A stretch of DNA of 64,000 nucleotides, taken from assembly GCA_040954595.2 (NCBI GenBank), contig CM082595.2, positions 5,916,137-5,980,136 on the forward strand, given 5' to 3'. A program made the position numbers and the translations under genes. The notes beneath the pieces were generated by a model that had not been told where the DNA came from, did not search any database, and worked only from the letters and a program-made list of their open reading frames with translations. This DNA comes from Balanoglossus misakiensis. Its lineage: Eukaryota; Animalia; Hemichordata. Shown here piece after piece: positions 51,100 through 64,000 of this stretch. Numbering within the stretch: position 1 is the stretch's first letter; the number at the start of each line of letters is the position of its first letter.

Positions 51100-51715
51100 A
51101 ATTTCTTCATTTTTTGAAAAAATTCATGGGTTATAGCTCATGAATATCATCCAAAAATGACAATTCTTCGACTTTGCGAAAGTTCAAAATTTCTTCATTT
51201 TCTGAAAAAATTCATCAGTTATAGCTCATGAAAATCATCCAAAAATGACAATTTTTCGACTTTGCGAAAGTTCAAAATTTCTTCATATTTTGAAGAAAAA
51301 AAATCATGGGTTATAATAGCTCATGAAAATCATCCAAAAATGACAATTTTTCGACTTTGCGAAAGTTCAAAATTTCTCATGTTTTGAAAAAGTTCATGAA
51401 AATCATCCAAAAATGACAATTTTTCGACTTTGCGAAAGTTCAAAATTTCTCATGTTTTGAAAAAGTTCATGGGTTATAGCTCATGAAAATCATCCAAAAA
51501 TGACAATTTTTCGACTTTGCGAAAGTTCAAAATTTCGTCATTTTTTGAAAAAAATCATGGGTGATAGCTCATGAAAATCATCCAAAAATGACAATTTTTC
51601 GACTTTGCGAAAGTTCAACATTTCTTCATTTTTTGAAAAAAATCATGGGTTATAGCTCATGAAAATCATCCAAAAATGACGATTTTTCGACTTTGCGAAA
51701 TTTCAAACTTTCTTT
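51100..51715 (+). repeat. 88-bp satellite, ~7 diverged monomers in inverted orientation relative to the main array
   Basis: Unit catgggttatagctcatgaaaatcatccaaaaatgacaatttttcgactttgcgaaagttcaaaatttcttcattttttgaaaaaaat is the reverse complement of a variant of the downstream monomer. Confidence 0.95.
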
Positions 51716-54700
51716 TAATCAAAAAATGGCCAACTTTTGAAAATTCCCAAAGTCGAAAAAATTGTCATTTTGGGATGATTTTCATGAGCTATAACCCATG
51801 ATTTTCATCAAAAAATGGCCAAATTTTGAAAATTCCCAAAGTCGAAAAATTGTCATTTTGGGATGATTTTCATGAGCTATAACCCATGGTTTTTATCAAA
51901 AAATGGCCAAATTTTGAAAATTCCCAAAGTCGAAAAATTGTCATTTTGGGATGATTTTCATGAGCTATAACCCATGATTTTTATCAAAAAATGCCCAATT
52001 TTTGAAAATTCCCAAAGTCGAAAAATTGTCATTTTGGGATGATTTTCATGAGCTATAACCCATGATTTTTATCAAAAAATGGCCAAATTTTAAAAAATTT
52101 CCAAAGTCAAAAAATTGTCATTTTTGGATGATTTTCATGAGCTATAACCCATGGTTTTTATCAAAAAATGGCCAAATTTTGAAAATTCCCAAAGTCGAAA
52201 AATTGTCATTTCTGGATGATTTTCATGAGCTATAACCCATGGTTTTTATCGAAAAACCACCAAATTTTGAAATTTCGCGAAGTCGAAAAATTGACATTTC
52301 TGGATGATTTTCATGAGCTATAACCCATGGTTTTTATCGAAAAATCACCAAATTTTGAAATTTCGCGAAGGCGAAAAATTGACATTTCTGGATGATTTTC
52401 ATGAGCTATAACCCATGGTTGTTATCGAAAAATCACGAAATTTTGAAATTTCGCGAAGTCGAAAAATTGACATTTCTGGATGATTTTCATGAGCTATAAC
52501 CCATGGTTTTTATCGAAAAATCACCAAATTTTGAAATTTCGCGAAGTCGAAAAATTGTCATTTTGGGATGATTTTCATGAGCTATAACCCATGGTTTTTA
52601 TCAAAAAATGGCCAAATTTTGAAAATTCCCAAAGTCGAAAAATTGTCATTTTGGGATGATTTTCATGAGCTATAACCCATGATTTTTATCAAAAAATGCC
52701 CAATTTTTGAAAATTCCCAAAGTCGAAAAATTGTCATTTTGGGATGATTTTCATGAGCTATAACCCATGATTTTTATCAAAAAATGGCCAAATTTTAAAA
52801 AATTTCCAAAGTCAAAAAATTGTCATTTTTGGATGATTTTCATGAGCTATAACCCATGGTTTTTATCAAAAAATGGCCAAATTTTGAAAATTCCCAAAGT
52901 CGAAAAATTGTCATTTCTGGATGATTTTCATGAGCTATAACCCATGGTTTTTATCGAAAAACCACCAAATTTTGAAATTTCGCGAAGTCGAAAAATTGAC
53001 ATTTCTGGATGATTTTCATGAGCTATAACCCATGGTTTTTATCGAAAAATCACCAAATTTTGAAATTTCGCGAAGGCGAAAAATTGACATTTCTGGATGA
53101 TTTTCATGAGCTATAACCCATGGTTTTTATCGAAAAATCACGAAATTTTGAAATTTCGCGAAGTCGAAAAATTGACATTTCTGGATGATTTTCATGAGCT
53201 ATAACCCATGGTTTTTATCGAAAAATCACCAAATTTTGAAATTTCGCGAAGTCGAAAAATTGACATTTCTGGATGATTTTCATTAGCTATAACCCATGGT
53301 TTTTATTGAAAATTCACCAAATTTTGAAATTTCGCGAAGGCGAAAAATTGACATTTCTGGATGATTTTCATGAGCTATAACCCATGGTTTTTATCGAAAA
53401 ACCACCAAATTTTGAAATTTCGCGAAGTCGAAAAATTGACATTTCTGGATGATTTTCATGAGCTATAACCCATGGTTTTTATCAAAAAATGGCCAAATTT
53501 TGAAAATTCCCAAAGTCGAAAAAATGTCATTTCTGGATGATTTTCATGAGCTATAACCCATGGTTTTTATCAAAAAATGGCCAAATTTTGAAAATTCCCA
53601 AAGTCGAAAAATTGTCATTTCTGGATGATTTTCATGAGCTATAACCCATGGTTTTTATCGAAAAACCACGAAATTTTGAAATTTCGCGAAGTCGAAAAAT
53701 TGACATTTCTGGATGATTTTCATGAGCTATAACCCATGGTTTTTATCGAAAAACCACCAAATTTTGAAATTTCGCGAAGTCGAAAAATTGATATTTCTGG
53801 ATGATTTTCATGAGCTATAACCCATGGTTTTTATCGAAAAACCACCAAATTTTGAAATTTCGCGAAGTCGAAAAATTGACATTTCTGGATGATTTTCATG
53901 AGCTATAACCCATGGTTTTTATCGAAAAACCACCAAATTTTGAAATTTCGCGTAGTCGAAAAATTGACATTTCTAGATGATTTTCATGAGCTATAACCCA
54001 TGGTTTTTATCGAAAAATTACCAAATTTTGAAATTTCGCGTAGTCGAAAAATTGACATTTCTGGATGATTTTCATGAGCTATAACCATTGGTTTTTATCG
54101 AAAAACCACCAAATTTTGAAATTTCGCGAAGTCGAAAAATTGACATTTCTGGATGATTTTCATGAGCTATAACCCATGGTTTTTATCGAAAAATCACCAA
54201 ATTTTGAAATTTCGCGTAGTCGAAAAATTGACATTTCTGGATGATTTTCATGAGCTATAACCCATGGTTTTTATCGAAAAACCACCAAATTTTGAAATTT
54301 CGCGAAGTCGAAAAATTGACATTTCTGGATTATTTTCATGAGCTATAACCCATGGTTTTCATCAAAAAATGGCCAAATTTTGAAAATTCCCAAAGTCGAA
54401 AAATTGACATTTTGGGATGATTTTCATGAGCTATAACCCATTATTTTTATCAAAAAATGGCCAAATTTTGAAAATTCCCAAAGTCGAAAAATTGTCATTT
54501 TGGGATGATTTTTATAACTATAACCCATGATTCTTATCAAAAAATGGCCAAATTTTGAAAATTCCCAAAGTCGAAAAATTGTCATTTTGGGATGATTTTC
54601 ATGAGCTATAACCCATGGTTTTTATCAAAAAATGGCCAATTTTTGAAAATTCCCAAAGTCGAAAAATTGTCATTTTGGGATGATTTTCATGAGCTATAAC

Positions 54701-57700
54701 CCATGATTTTTATCAAAAAATGGCCAAATTTTGAAAATTTCCAAAGACGAAAAATTGTCATTTCTGGATGATTTTCATGAGCTATAACCCATGGTTTTTA
54801 TCGAAAAACCACCAAATTTTGAAATTTCGCGAAGTCGAAAAATTGACATTTCTGGATGATTTTCATGAGCTATAACCCATGGTTTTTATCGAAAAACCAC
54901 CAAATTTTGAAATTTCGCGAAGTCGAAAAATTGATATTTCTGGATGATTTTCATGAGCTATAACCCATGGTTTTTATCGAAAAACCACCAAATTTTGAAA
55001 TTTCGCGAAGTCGAAAAATTGACATTTCTGGATGATTTTCATGAGCTATAACCCATGGTTTTTATCGAAAAACCACCAAATTTTGAAATTTCGCGTAGTC
55101 GAAAAATTGACATTTCTAGATGATTTTCATGAGCTATAACCCATGGTTTTTATCGAAAAATTACCAAATTTTGAAATTTCGCGTAGTCGAAAAATTGACA
55201 TTTCTGGATGATTTTCATGAGCTATAACCCATGGTTTTTATCGAAAAACCACCAAATTTTGAAATTTCGCGAAGTCGAAAAATTGACATTTCTGGATGAT
55301 TTTCATGAGCTATAACCCATGGTTTTTATCGAAAAATCACCAAATTTTGAAATTTCGCGTAGTCGAGAAATTGACATTTCTGGATGATTTTCATGAGCTA
55401 TAACCCATGGTTTTTATCGAAAAACCACCAAATTTTGAAATTTCGCGAAGTCGAAAAATTGACATTTCTGGATTATTTTCATGAGCTATAACCCATGGTT
55501 TTCATCAAAAAATGGCCAAATTTTGAAAATTCCCAAAGTCGAAAAATTGTCATTTTGGGATGATTTTTATAACTATAACCCATGATTTTTATCAAAAAAT
55601 GGCCAAATTTTGAAAATTCCCAAAGTCGAAAAATTGTCATTTTGGGATGATTTTCATGAGCTATAACCCATGATTTTTATCAAAAAATGGCCAATTTTTG
55701 AAAATTCCCAAAGTCGAAAAATTGTCATTTTGGGATGATTTTCATGAGCTATAACCCATGATTTTTATCAAAAAATGGCCAAATTTTGAAAATTTCCAAA
55801 GTCAAAAAATTGTCATTTTTGGATGATTTTCATGAGCTATAACCCATGGTTTTTATCAAAAAATGGCCCAATTTTGAAAATTCCCAAAGTCGAAAAATTG
55901 TCATTTCTAGATGATTTTCATGAGCTATAACCCATGGTTTTTATCGAAAAATTACCAAATTTTGAAATTTCGCGTAGTCGAAAAATTGACATTTCTGGAT
56001 GATTTTCATGAGCTATAACCTATGGTTTTTATCGAAAAACCACCAAATTTTGAAATTTCGCGAAGTCGAAAAATTGACATTTCTGGATGATTTTCATGAG
56101 CTATAACCCATGGTTTTTATCGAAAAATCACCAAATTTTGAAATTTCGCGTAGTCGAAAAATTGACATTTCTGGATGATTTTCATGAGCTATAACCCATG
56201 GTTTTTATCGAAAAACCACCAAATTTTGAAATTTCGCGAAGTCGAAAAATTGACATTTCTGGATTATTTTCATGAGCTATAACCCATGGTTTTCATCAAA
56301 AAATGGCCAAATTTTGAAAATTCCCAAAGTCGAAAAATTGTCATTTTGGGATGATTTTTATAACTATAACCCATGATTTTTATCAAAAAATGGCCAAATT
56401 TTGAAAATTCCCAAAGTCGAAAAATTGTCATTTTGGGATGATTTTCATGAGCTATAACCCATGATTTTTATCAAAAAATGGCCAATTTTTGAAAATTCCC
56501 AAAGTCGAAAAATTGTCATTTTGGGATGATTTTCATGAGCTATAACCCATGATTTTTATCAAAAAATGGCCAAATTTTGAAAATTTCCAAAGTCAAAAAA
56601 TTGTCATTTTTGGATGATTTTCATGAGCTATAACCCATGGTTTTTATCAAAAAATGGCCCAATTTTGAAAATTCCCAAAGTCGAAAAATTGACATTTCTA
56701 GATGATTTTCATGAGCTATAACCCATGGTTTTTATCGAAAAATTACCAAATTTTGAAATTTCGCGTAGTCGAAAAATTGACATTTCTGGATGATTTTCAT
56801 GAGCTATAACCCATGGTTTTTATCGAAAAATCACCAAATTTTGAAATTTCGCGTAGTCGAAAAATTGACATTTCTGGATGATTTTCATGAGCTATAACCC
56901 ATGGTTTTTATCGAAAAACCACCAAATTTTGAAATTTCGCGAAGTCGAAAAATTGACATTTCTGGATTATTTTCATGAGCTATAACCCATGGTTTTCATC
57001 AAAAAATGGCCAAATTTTGAAAATTCCCAAAGTCGAAAAATTGACATTTTGGGATGATTTTCATGAGCTATAACCCATGATTTTTATCAAAAAATGGCCA
57101 AATTTTGAAAATTCCCAAAGTCGAAAAATTGTCATTTTGGGATGATTTTTATAACTATAACCCATGATTTTTATCAAAAAATGGCCAAATTTTGAAAATT
57201 CCCAAAGTCGAAAAATTGTCATTTTGGGATGATTTTCATGAGCTATAACCCATGATTTTTATCAAAAAATGGCCAATTTTTGAAAATTCCCAAAGTCGAA
57301 AAATTGTCATTTTGGGATGATTTTCATGAGCTATAACCCATGATTTTTATCAAAAAATGGCCAAATTTTGAAAATTTCCAAAGTCAAAAAATTGTCATTT
57401 TTGGATGATTTTCATGAGCTATAACCCATGGTTTTTATCAAAAAATGGCCAAATTTTGAAAATTCCCAAAGTTGAAAAATTGTCATTTCTGGATGATTTT
57501 CATGAGCTATAACCCATGGTTTTTATCGAAAAACCACCAAATTTTGAAATTTCGCGAAGTCGAAAAATTGACATTTCTGGATGATTTTCATGAGCTATAA
57601 CCCATGGTTTTTTATCGAAAAACCACCAAATTTTGAAATTTCGCGTAGTCGAAAAATTGACATTTCTGGATGATTTTCATGAGCTATAACTCATGGTTTT

Positions 57701-60700
57701 TATCGAAAAATCACCAAATTTTGAAATTTCGCGTAGTCGAAAAATTGACATTTCTGGATGATTTTCATGAGCTATAACCCATGGTTTTTATCGAAAAACC
57801 ACCAAATTTTGAAATTTCGCGAAGTCGAAAAATTGACATTTCTGGATTATTTTCATGAGCTATAACCCATGGTTTTCATCAAAAAATGGCCAAATTTTGA
57901 AAATTCCCAAAGTCGAAAAATTGTCATTTTGGGATGATTTTTATAACTATAACCCATGATTTTTATCAAAAAATGGCCAAATTTTGAAAATTCCCAAAGT
58001 CGAAAAATTGTCATTTTGGGATGATTTTCATGAGCTATAACCCATGATTTTTATCAAAAAATGGCCAATTTTTGAAAATTCCCAAAGTCGAAAAATTGTC
58101 ATTTTGGGATGATTTTCATGAGCTATAACCCATGATTTTTATCAAAAAATGGCCAAATTTTGAAAATTTCCAAAGTCAAAAAATTGTCATTTTTGGATGA
58201 TTTTCATGAGCTATAACCCATGGTTTTTATCAAAAAATGGCCAAATTTTGAAAATTCCCAAAGTTGAAAAATTGTCATTTCTGGATGATTTTCATGAGCT
58301 ATAACCCATGGTTTTTATCGAAAAACCACCAAATTTTGAAATTTCGCGAAGTCGAAAAATTGACATTTCTGGATGATTTTCATGAGCTATAACCCATGGT
58401 TTTTTATCGAAAAACCACCAAATTTTGAAATTTCGCGTAGTCGAAAAATTGACATTTCTGGATGATTTTCATGAGCTATAACTCATGGTTTTTATCGAAA
58501 AATCACCAAATTTTGAAATTTCGCGTAGTCGAAAAATTGACATTTCTGGATGATTTTCATGAGCTATAACCCATGGTTTTTATCGAAAAACCACCAAATT
58601 TTGAAATTTCGCGAAGTCGAAAAATTGACATTTCTGGATTATTTTCATGAGCTATAACCCATGGTTTTCATCAAAAAATGGCCAAATTTTGAAAATTCCC
58701 AAAGTCGAAAAATTGACATTTTGGGATGATTTTCATGAGCTATAACTCATGATTTTTATCAAAAAATGGCCAAATTTTGAAAATTCCCAAAGTCGAAAAA
58801 TTGTCATTTTGGGATGATTTTTATAACTATAACCCATGATTTTTATCAAAAAATGGCCAAATTTTGAAAATTCCCAAAGTCGAAAAATTGTCATTTTGGG
58901 ATGATTTTCATGAGCTATAACCCATGATTTTTATCAAAAAATGGCCAATTTTTGAAAATTCCCAAAGTCGAAAAATTGTCATTTTGGGATGATTTTCATG
59001 AGCTATAACCCATGATTTTTATCAAAAAATGGCCAAATTTTGAAAATTTCCAAAGTCGAAAAATTGTCATTTCTGGATGATTTTCATGAGCTATAACCCA
59101 TGGTTTTTATCGAAAAACCACCAAATTTTGAAATTTCGCGAAGTCGAAAAATTGACATTTCTGGATGATTTTCATGAGCTATAACCCATGGTTTTTATCG
59201 AAAAACCACCAAATTTTGAAATTTCGCGAAGTCGAAAAATTGATATTTCTGGATGATTTTCATGAGCTATAACCCATGGTTTTTATCGAAAAACCACCAA
59301 ATTTTGAAATTTCGCGAAGTCGAAAAATTGACATTTCTGGATGATTTTCATGAGCTATAACCCATGGTTTTTATCGAAAAACCACCAAATTTTGAAATTT
59401 CGCGTAGTCGAAAAATTGACATTTCTAGATGATTTTCATGAGATATAACCCATGGTTTTTATCGAAAAATTACCAAATTTTGAAATTTCGCGTAGTCGAA
59501 AAATTGACATTTCTGGATGATTTTCATGAGCTATAACCCATGGTTTTTATCGAAAAACCACCAAATTTTGAAATTTCGCGAAGTCGAAAAATTGACATTT
59601 CTGGATTATTTTCATGAGCTATAACCCATGGTTTTCATCAAAAAATGGCCAAATTTTGAAAATTCCCAAAGTCGAAAAATTGACATTTTGGGATGATTTT
59701 CATGAGCTATAACCCATGATTTTTATCAAAAAATGGCCAAATTTTGAAAATTCCCAAAGTCGAAAAATTGTCATTTTGGGATGATTTTTATAACTATAAC
59801 CCATGATTTTTATCAAAAAATGGCCAAATTTTGAAAATTCCCAAAGTCGAAAAATTGTCATTTTGGGATGATTTTCATGAGCTATAACCCATGATTTTTA
59901 TCAAAAAATGGCCAATTTTTGAAAATTCCCAAAGTCGAAAAATTGTCATTTTGGGATGATTTTCATGAGCTATAACCCATGGTTTTTATCAAAAAATGGC
60001 CAAATTTTGAAAATTCCCAAAGTCGAAAAATTGTCATTTCTGGATGATTTTCATGAGCTATAACCCATGGTTTTTATCGAAAAACCACCAAATTTTGAAA
60101 TTTCGCGAAGTCGAAAAATTGACATTTCTGGATGATTTTCATGAGCTATAACCCATGGTTTTTATCGAAAAACCACCAAATTTTGAAATTTCGCGTAGTC
60201 GAAAAATTGACATTTCTGGATGATTTTCATGAGCTATAACCCATGGTTTTTATCGAAAAACCACCAAATTTTGGAATTTCGCGAAGTCGAAAAATTGACA
60301 TTTCTGGATGATTTTCATGAGCTATAACCCATGGTTTTTATCGAAAAACCACCAAATTTTGAAATTTCGCGTAGTCGAAAAATTGACATTTCTAGATGAT
60401 TTTCATGAGCTATAACCCATGGTTTTTATCGAAAAATTACCAAATTTTAAAATTTCGCGTAGTCGAAAAATTGACATTTCTGGATGATTTTCATGAGCTA
60501 TAACCCATGGTTTTTATCGAAAAACCACCAAATTTTGAAATTTCGCGAAGTCGAAAAATTGACATTTCTGGATGATTTTCATGAGCTATAACCCATGGTT
60601 TTCATCAAAAAATGGCCAAATTTTGAAAATTCCCAAAGTCGAAAAATTGACATTTTGGGATGATTTTCATGAGCTATAACCCATGATTTTTATCAAAAAA

Positions 60701-63700
60701 TGGCCAAATTTTGAAAATTCCCAAAGTCGAAAAATTGTCATTTCTGGATGATTATCATGAGCTATAACCCATGGTTTTTATCGAAAAACCACCAAATTTT
60801 GAAATTTCGCGTAGTCGAAAAATTGACATTTCTGGATGATTTTCATGAGCTATAACCCATGGTTTTTATCAAAAAACCACCAAATTTTGGAAATTCGCGA
60901 AGTCGATAAATTGACATTTCTGGATTATTTTCATGAGCTATAACCCATGGTTTTTATGGAAAAACCACCAAATTTTGAAATTTCGCGAAGTCGAAAAATT
61001 GACATTTCTGGATGATTTTCATGAGCTATAACCCATGGTTTTTATCGAAAAATCACCAAATTTTGAAATTTCGCGAAGTCGAAAAATTGACATTTCTGGA
61101 TGATTTTCATTAGCTATAACCCATGGTTTTTATCGAAAATTCACCAAATTTTGAAATTTCGCGAAGGCGAAAAATTGACATTTCTGGATGATTTTCATGA
61201 GCTATAACCCATGGTTTTTATCGAAAAACCACCAAATTTTGAAATTTCGCGAAGTCGAAAAATTGACATTTCTGGATGATTTTCATGAGCTATAACCCAT
61301 GGTTTTTATCGAAAAACCACCAAATTTTGAAATTTCGCGAAGTCGAAAAATTGATATTTCTGGATGATTTTCATGAGCTAGGACCCATGGTTTTTATCGA
61401 AAAACCACCAAATTTTGAAATTTCGCGAAGTCAAAAAATTGACATTTCTGGATGATTTTCATGAGCTATAACCCATGGTTTTTATCGAAAAACCACCAAA
61501 TTTTGAAATTTCGCGTAGTCGAAAAATTGACATTTCTAGATGATTTTCATGAGATATAACCCATGGTTTTTATCGAAAAATTACCAAATTTTGAAATTTC
61601 GCGTAGTCGAAAAATTGACATTTCTGGATGATTTTCATGAGCTATAACCCATGGTTTTTATCGAAAAACCACCAAATTTTGAAATTTCGCGAAGTCGAAA
61701 AATTGACATTTCTGGATTATTTTCATGAGCTATAACCCATGGTTTTCATCAAAAAATGGCCAAATTTTGAAAATTCCCAAAGTCGAAAAATTGACATTTT
61801 GGGATGATTTTCATGAGCTATAACCCATGATTTTTATCAAAAAATGGCCAAATTTTGAAAATTCCCAATGTCGAAAAATTGTCATTTTGGGATGATTTTT
61901 ATAACTATAACCCATGATTTTTATCAAAAAATGGCCAAATTTTGAAAATTCCCAAAGTCGAAAAATTGTCATTTTGGGATGATTTTCATGAGCTATAACC
62001 CATGATTTTTATCAAAAAATGGCCAATTTTTGAAAATTCCCAAAGTCGAAAAATTGTCATTTTGGGATGATTTTCATGAGCTATAACCCATGATTTTTAT
62101 CAAAAAATGGCCAAATTTTGAAAATTTCCAAAGTCGAAAAATTGTCATTTCTGGATGATTTTCATGAGCTATAACCCATGGTTTTTATCGAAAAACCACC
62201 AAATTTTGAAATTTCGCGAAGTCGAAAAATTGACATTTCTGGATGATTTTCATGAGCTATAACCCATGGTTTTTATCGAAAAACCACCAAATTTTGAAAT
62301 TTCGCGAAGTCGAAAAATTGATATTTCTGGATGATTTTCATGAGCTATAACCCATGGTTTTTATCGAAAAACCACCAAATTTTGAAATTTCGCGAAGTCG
62401 AAAAATTGACATTTCTGGATGATTTTCATGAGCTATAACCCATGGTTTTTATCGAAAAACCACCAAATTTTGAAATTTCGCGTAGTCGAAAAATTGACAT
62501 TTCTAGATGATTTTCATGAGATATAACCCATGGTTTTTATCGAAAAATTACCAAATTTTGAAATTTCGCGTAGTCGAAAAATTGACATTTCTGGATGATT
62601 TTCATGAGCTATAACCCATGGTTTTTATCGAAAAACCACCAAATTTTGAAATTTCGCGAAGTCGAAAAATTGACATTTCTGGATTATTTTCATGAGCTAT
62701 AACCCATGGTTTTCATCAAAAAATGGCCAAATTTTGAAAATTCCCAAAGTCGAAAAATTGACATTTTGGGATGATTTTCATGAGCTATAACCCATGATTT
62801 TTATCAAAAAATGGCCAAATTTTGAAAATTCCCAAAGTCGAAAAATTGTCATTTTGGGATGATTTTTATAACTATAACCCATGATTTTTATCAAAAAATG
62901 GCCAAATTTTGAAAATTCCCAAAGTCGAAAAATTGACATTTCTGGATGATTTTCATGAGCTATAACCCATGGTTTTTATCAAAAAATGGCCAATTTTTGA
63001 AAATTCCCAAAGTCGAAAAATTGTCATTTTGGGATGATTTTCATGAGCTATAACCCATGATTTTTATCAAAAAATGGCCAAATTTTGAAAATTTCCAAAG
63101 TCAAAAAATTGTCATTTTTGTATGTTTTCATGAGCTATAACCCATGGTTTTTATCAAAAAATGGCCAAATTTTGAAAATTCCCAAAGTCGAAAAATTGTC
63201 ATTTCTGGATGATTTTCATGAGCTATAACCCATGGTTTTTATCGAAAAACCACCAAATTTTGAAATTTCGCGAAGTCGAAAAATTGACATTTCTGGATGA
63301 TTTTCATGAGCTATAACCCATGGTTTTTATCGAAAAATTACCAAATTTTAAAATTTCGCGTAGTCGAAAAATTGACATTTCTGGATGATTTTCATGAGCT
63401 ATAACCCATGGTTTTTATCGAAAAACCACCAAATTTTGAAATTTCGCGAAGTCGAAAAATTGACATTTCTGGATGATTTTCATGAGCTATAACCCATGGT
63501 TTTCATCAAAAAATGGCCAAATTTTGAAAATTCCCAAAGTCGAAAAATTGACATTTCTGGATGATTTTCATGAGCTATAACCCATGGTTTTTATCGAAAA
63601 ACCACCAAATTTTGAAATTTCGCGTAGACGAAAAATTGACATTTCTGGATGATTTTCATGAGCTAGGACCCATGGTTTTTATCGAAAGACCACCAAATTT

Positions 63701-64000
63701 TGAAATTTCGCGTAGTCGAAAAATTGACATTTCTAGATGATTTTCATGAGCTATAACCCATGGTTTTTATCGAAAAACCACCAAATTTTGAAATTTCGCG
63801 AAGTCGAAAAATTGACATTTCTGGATTATTTTCATGAGCTATAACCCATGGTTTTCATCAAAAAATGGCCAAATTTTGAAAATTCCCAAAGTCGAAAAAT
63901 TGACATTTTGGGATGATTTTCATGAGCTATAACCCATGATTTTTATCAAAAAATGGCCAAATTTTGAAAATTCCCAAAGTCGAAAAATTGTCATTTTGGG
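51716..64000 (-). repeat. 88-bp satellite DNA array, ~140 monomers, two subtypes, higher-order structure; runs off the window end
   Basis: Period 88 bp (e.g. gtcgaaaaat at 51841 and 51929). Subtype A: atcaaaaaatggccaaattttgaaaattcccaaagtcgaaaaattgtcattttggg. Subtype B: atcgaaaaaccaccaaattttgaaatttcgcgaagtcgaaaaattgacatttctgg. Shared core atgattttcatgagctataacccatg. Confidence 0.98.

Noticed and set aside
50751-51110. 119-aa minus-strand ORF
   Set aside because: Coincides with a 347-bp MITE, has no transposase motifs, and is far too short.
52270-52290. CENP-B box in subtype B (tttcgcgaagtcgaa)
   Set aside because: Spacing and 3' end do not fit TTCG-N4-A-N2-CGGG.
51100-64000. CRISPR-like regular repeat array
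   Set aside because: There are no unique spacers; the whole 88-bp unit is repeated, the context is eukaryotic, and there are no cas genes.

Overview
Eukaryotic, AT-rich genomic DNA with spliceosomal introns, MITEs and satellite DNA. It looks like a marine invertebrate, possibly a deuterostome, but the taxon is only inferred. There are three zones. (1) About 1-35 kb is repeat-rich and mostly non-coding. It holds an intact signal-peptide exon with a single TNF-receptor cysteine-rich domain whose spacing matches Fn14/TWEAK receptor (6847-7018), followed by decayed Ig-like exons. It also has several MITEs, a 464-bp local duplication and a P-element-like footprint. (2) 36140-48869 (+) is a complete six-exon nicotinic acetylcholine receptor alpha-subunit gene of about 512-539 aa. 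Its M1-M2 selectivity filter reads G-V-V-K instead of G-E-K, so the -1' Glu is lost and one residue is inserted, which hints at altered or anion selectivity. (3) From about 51100 to the end is an 88-bp satellite array. It starts exactly at the end of a TA-flanked MITE, flips orientation at about 51715, and has two monomer subtypes arranged in variable 8-12-mer higher-order repeats. Most short ORFs in the supplied track are spurious.
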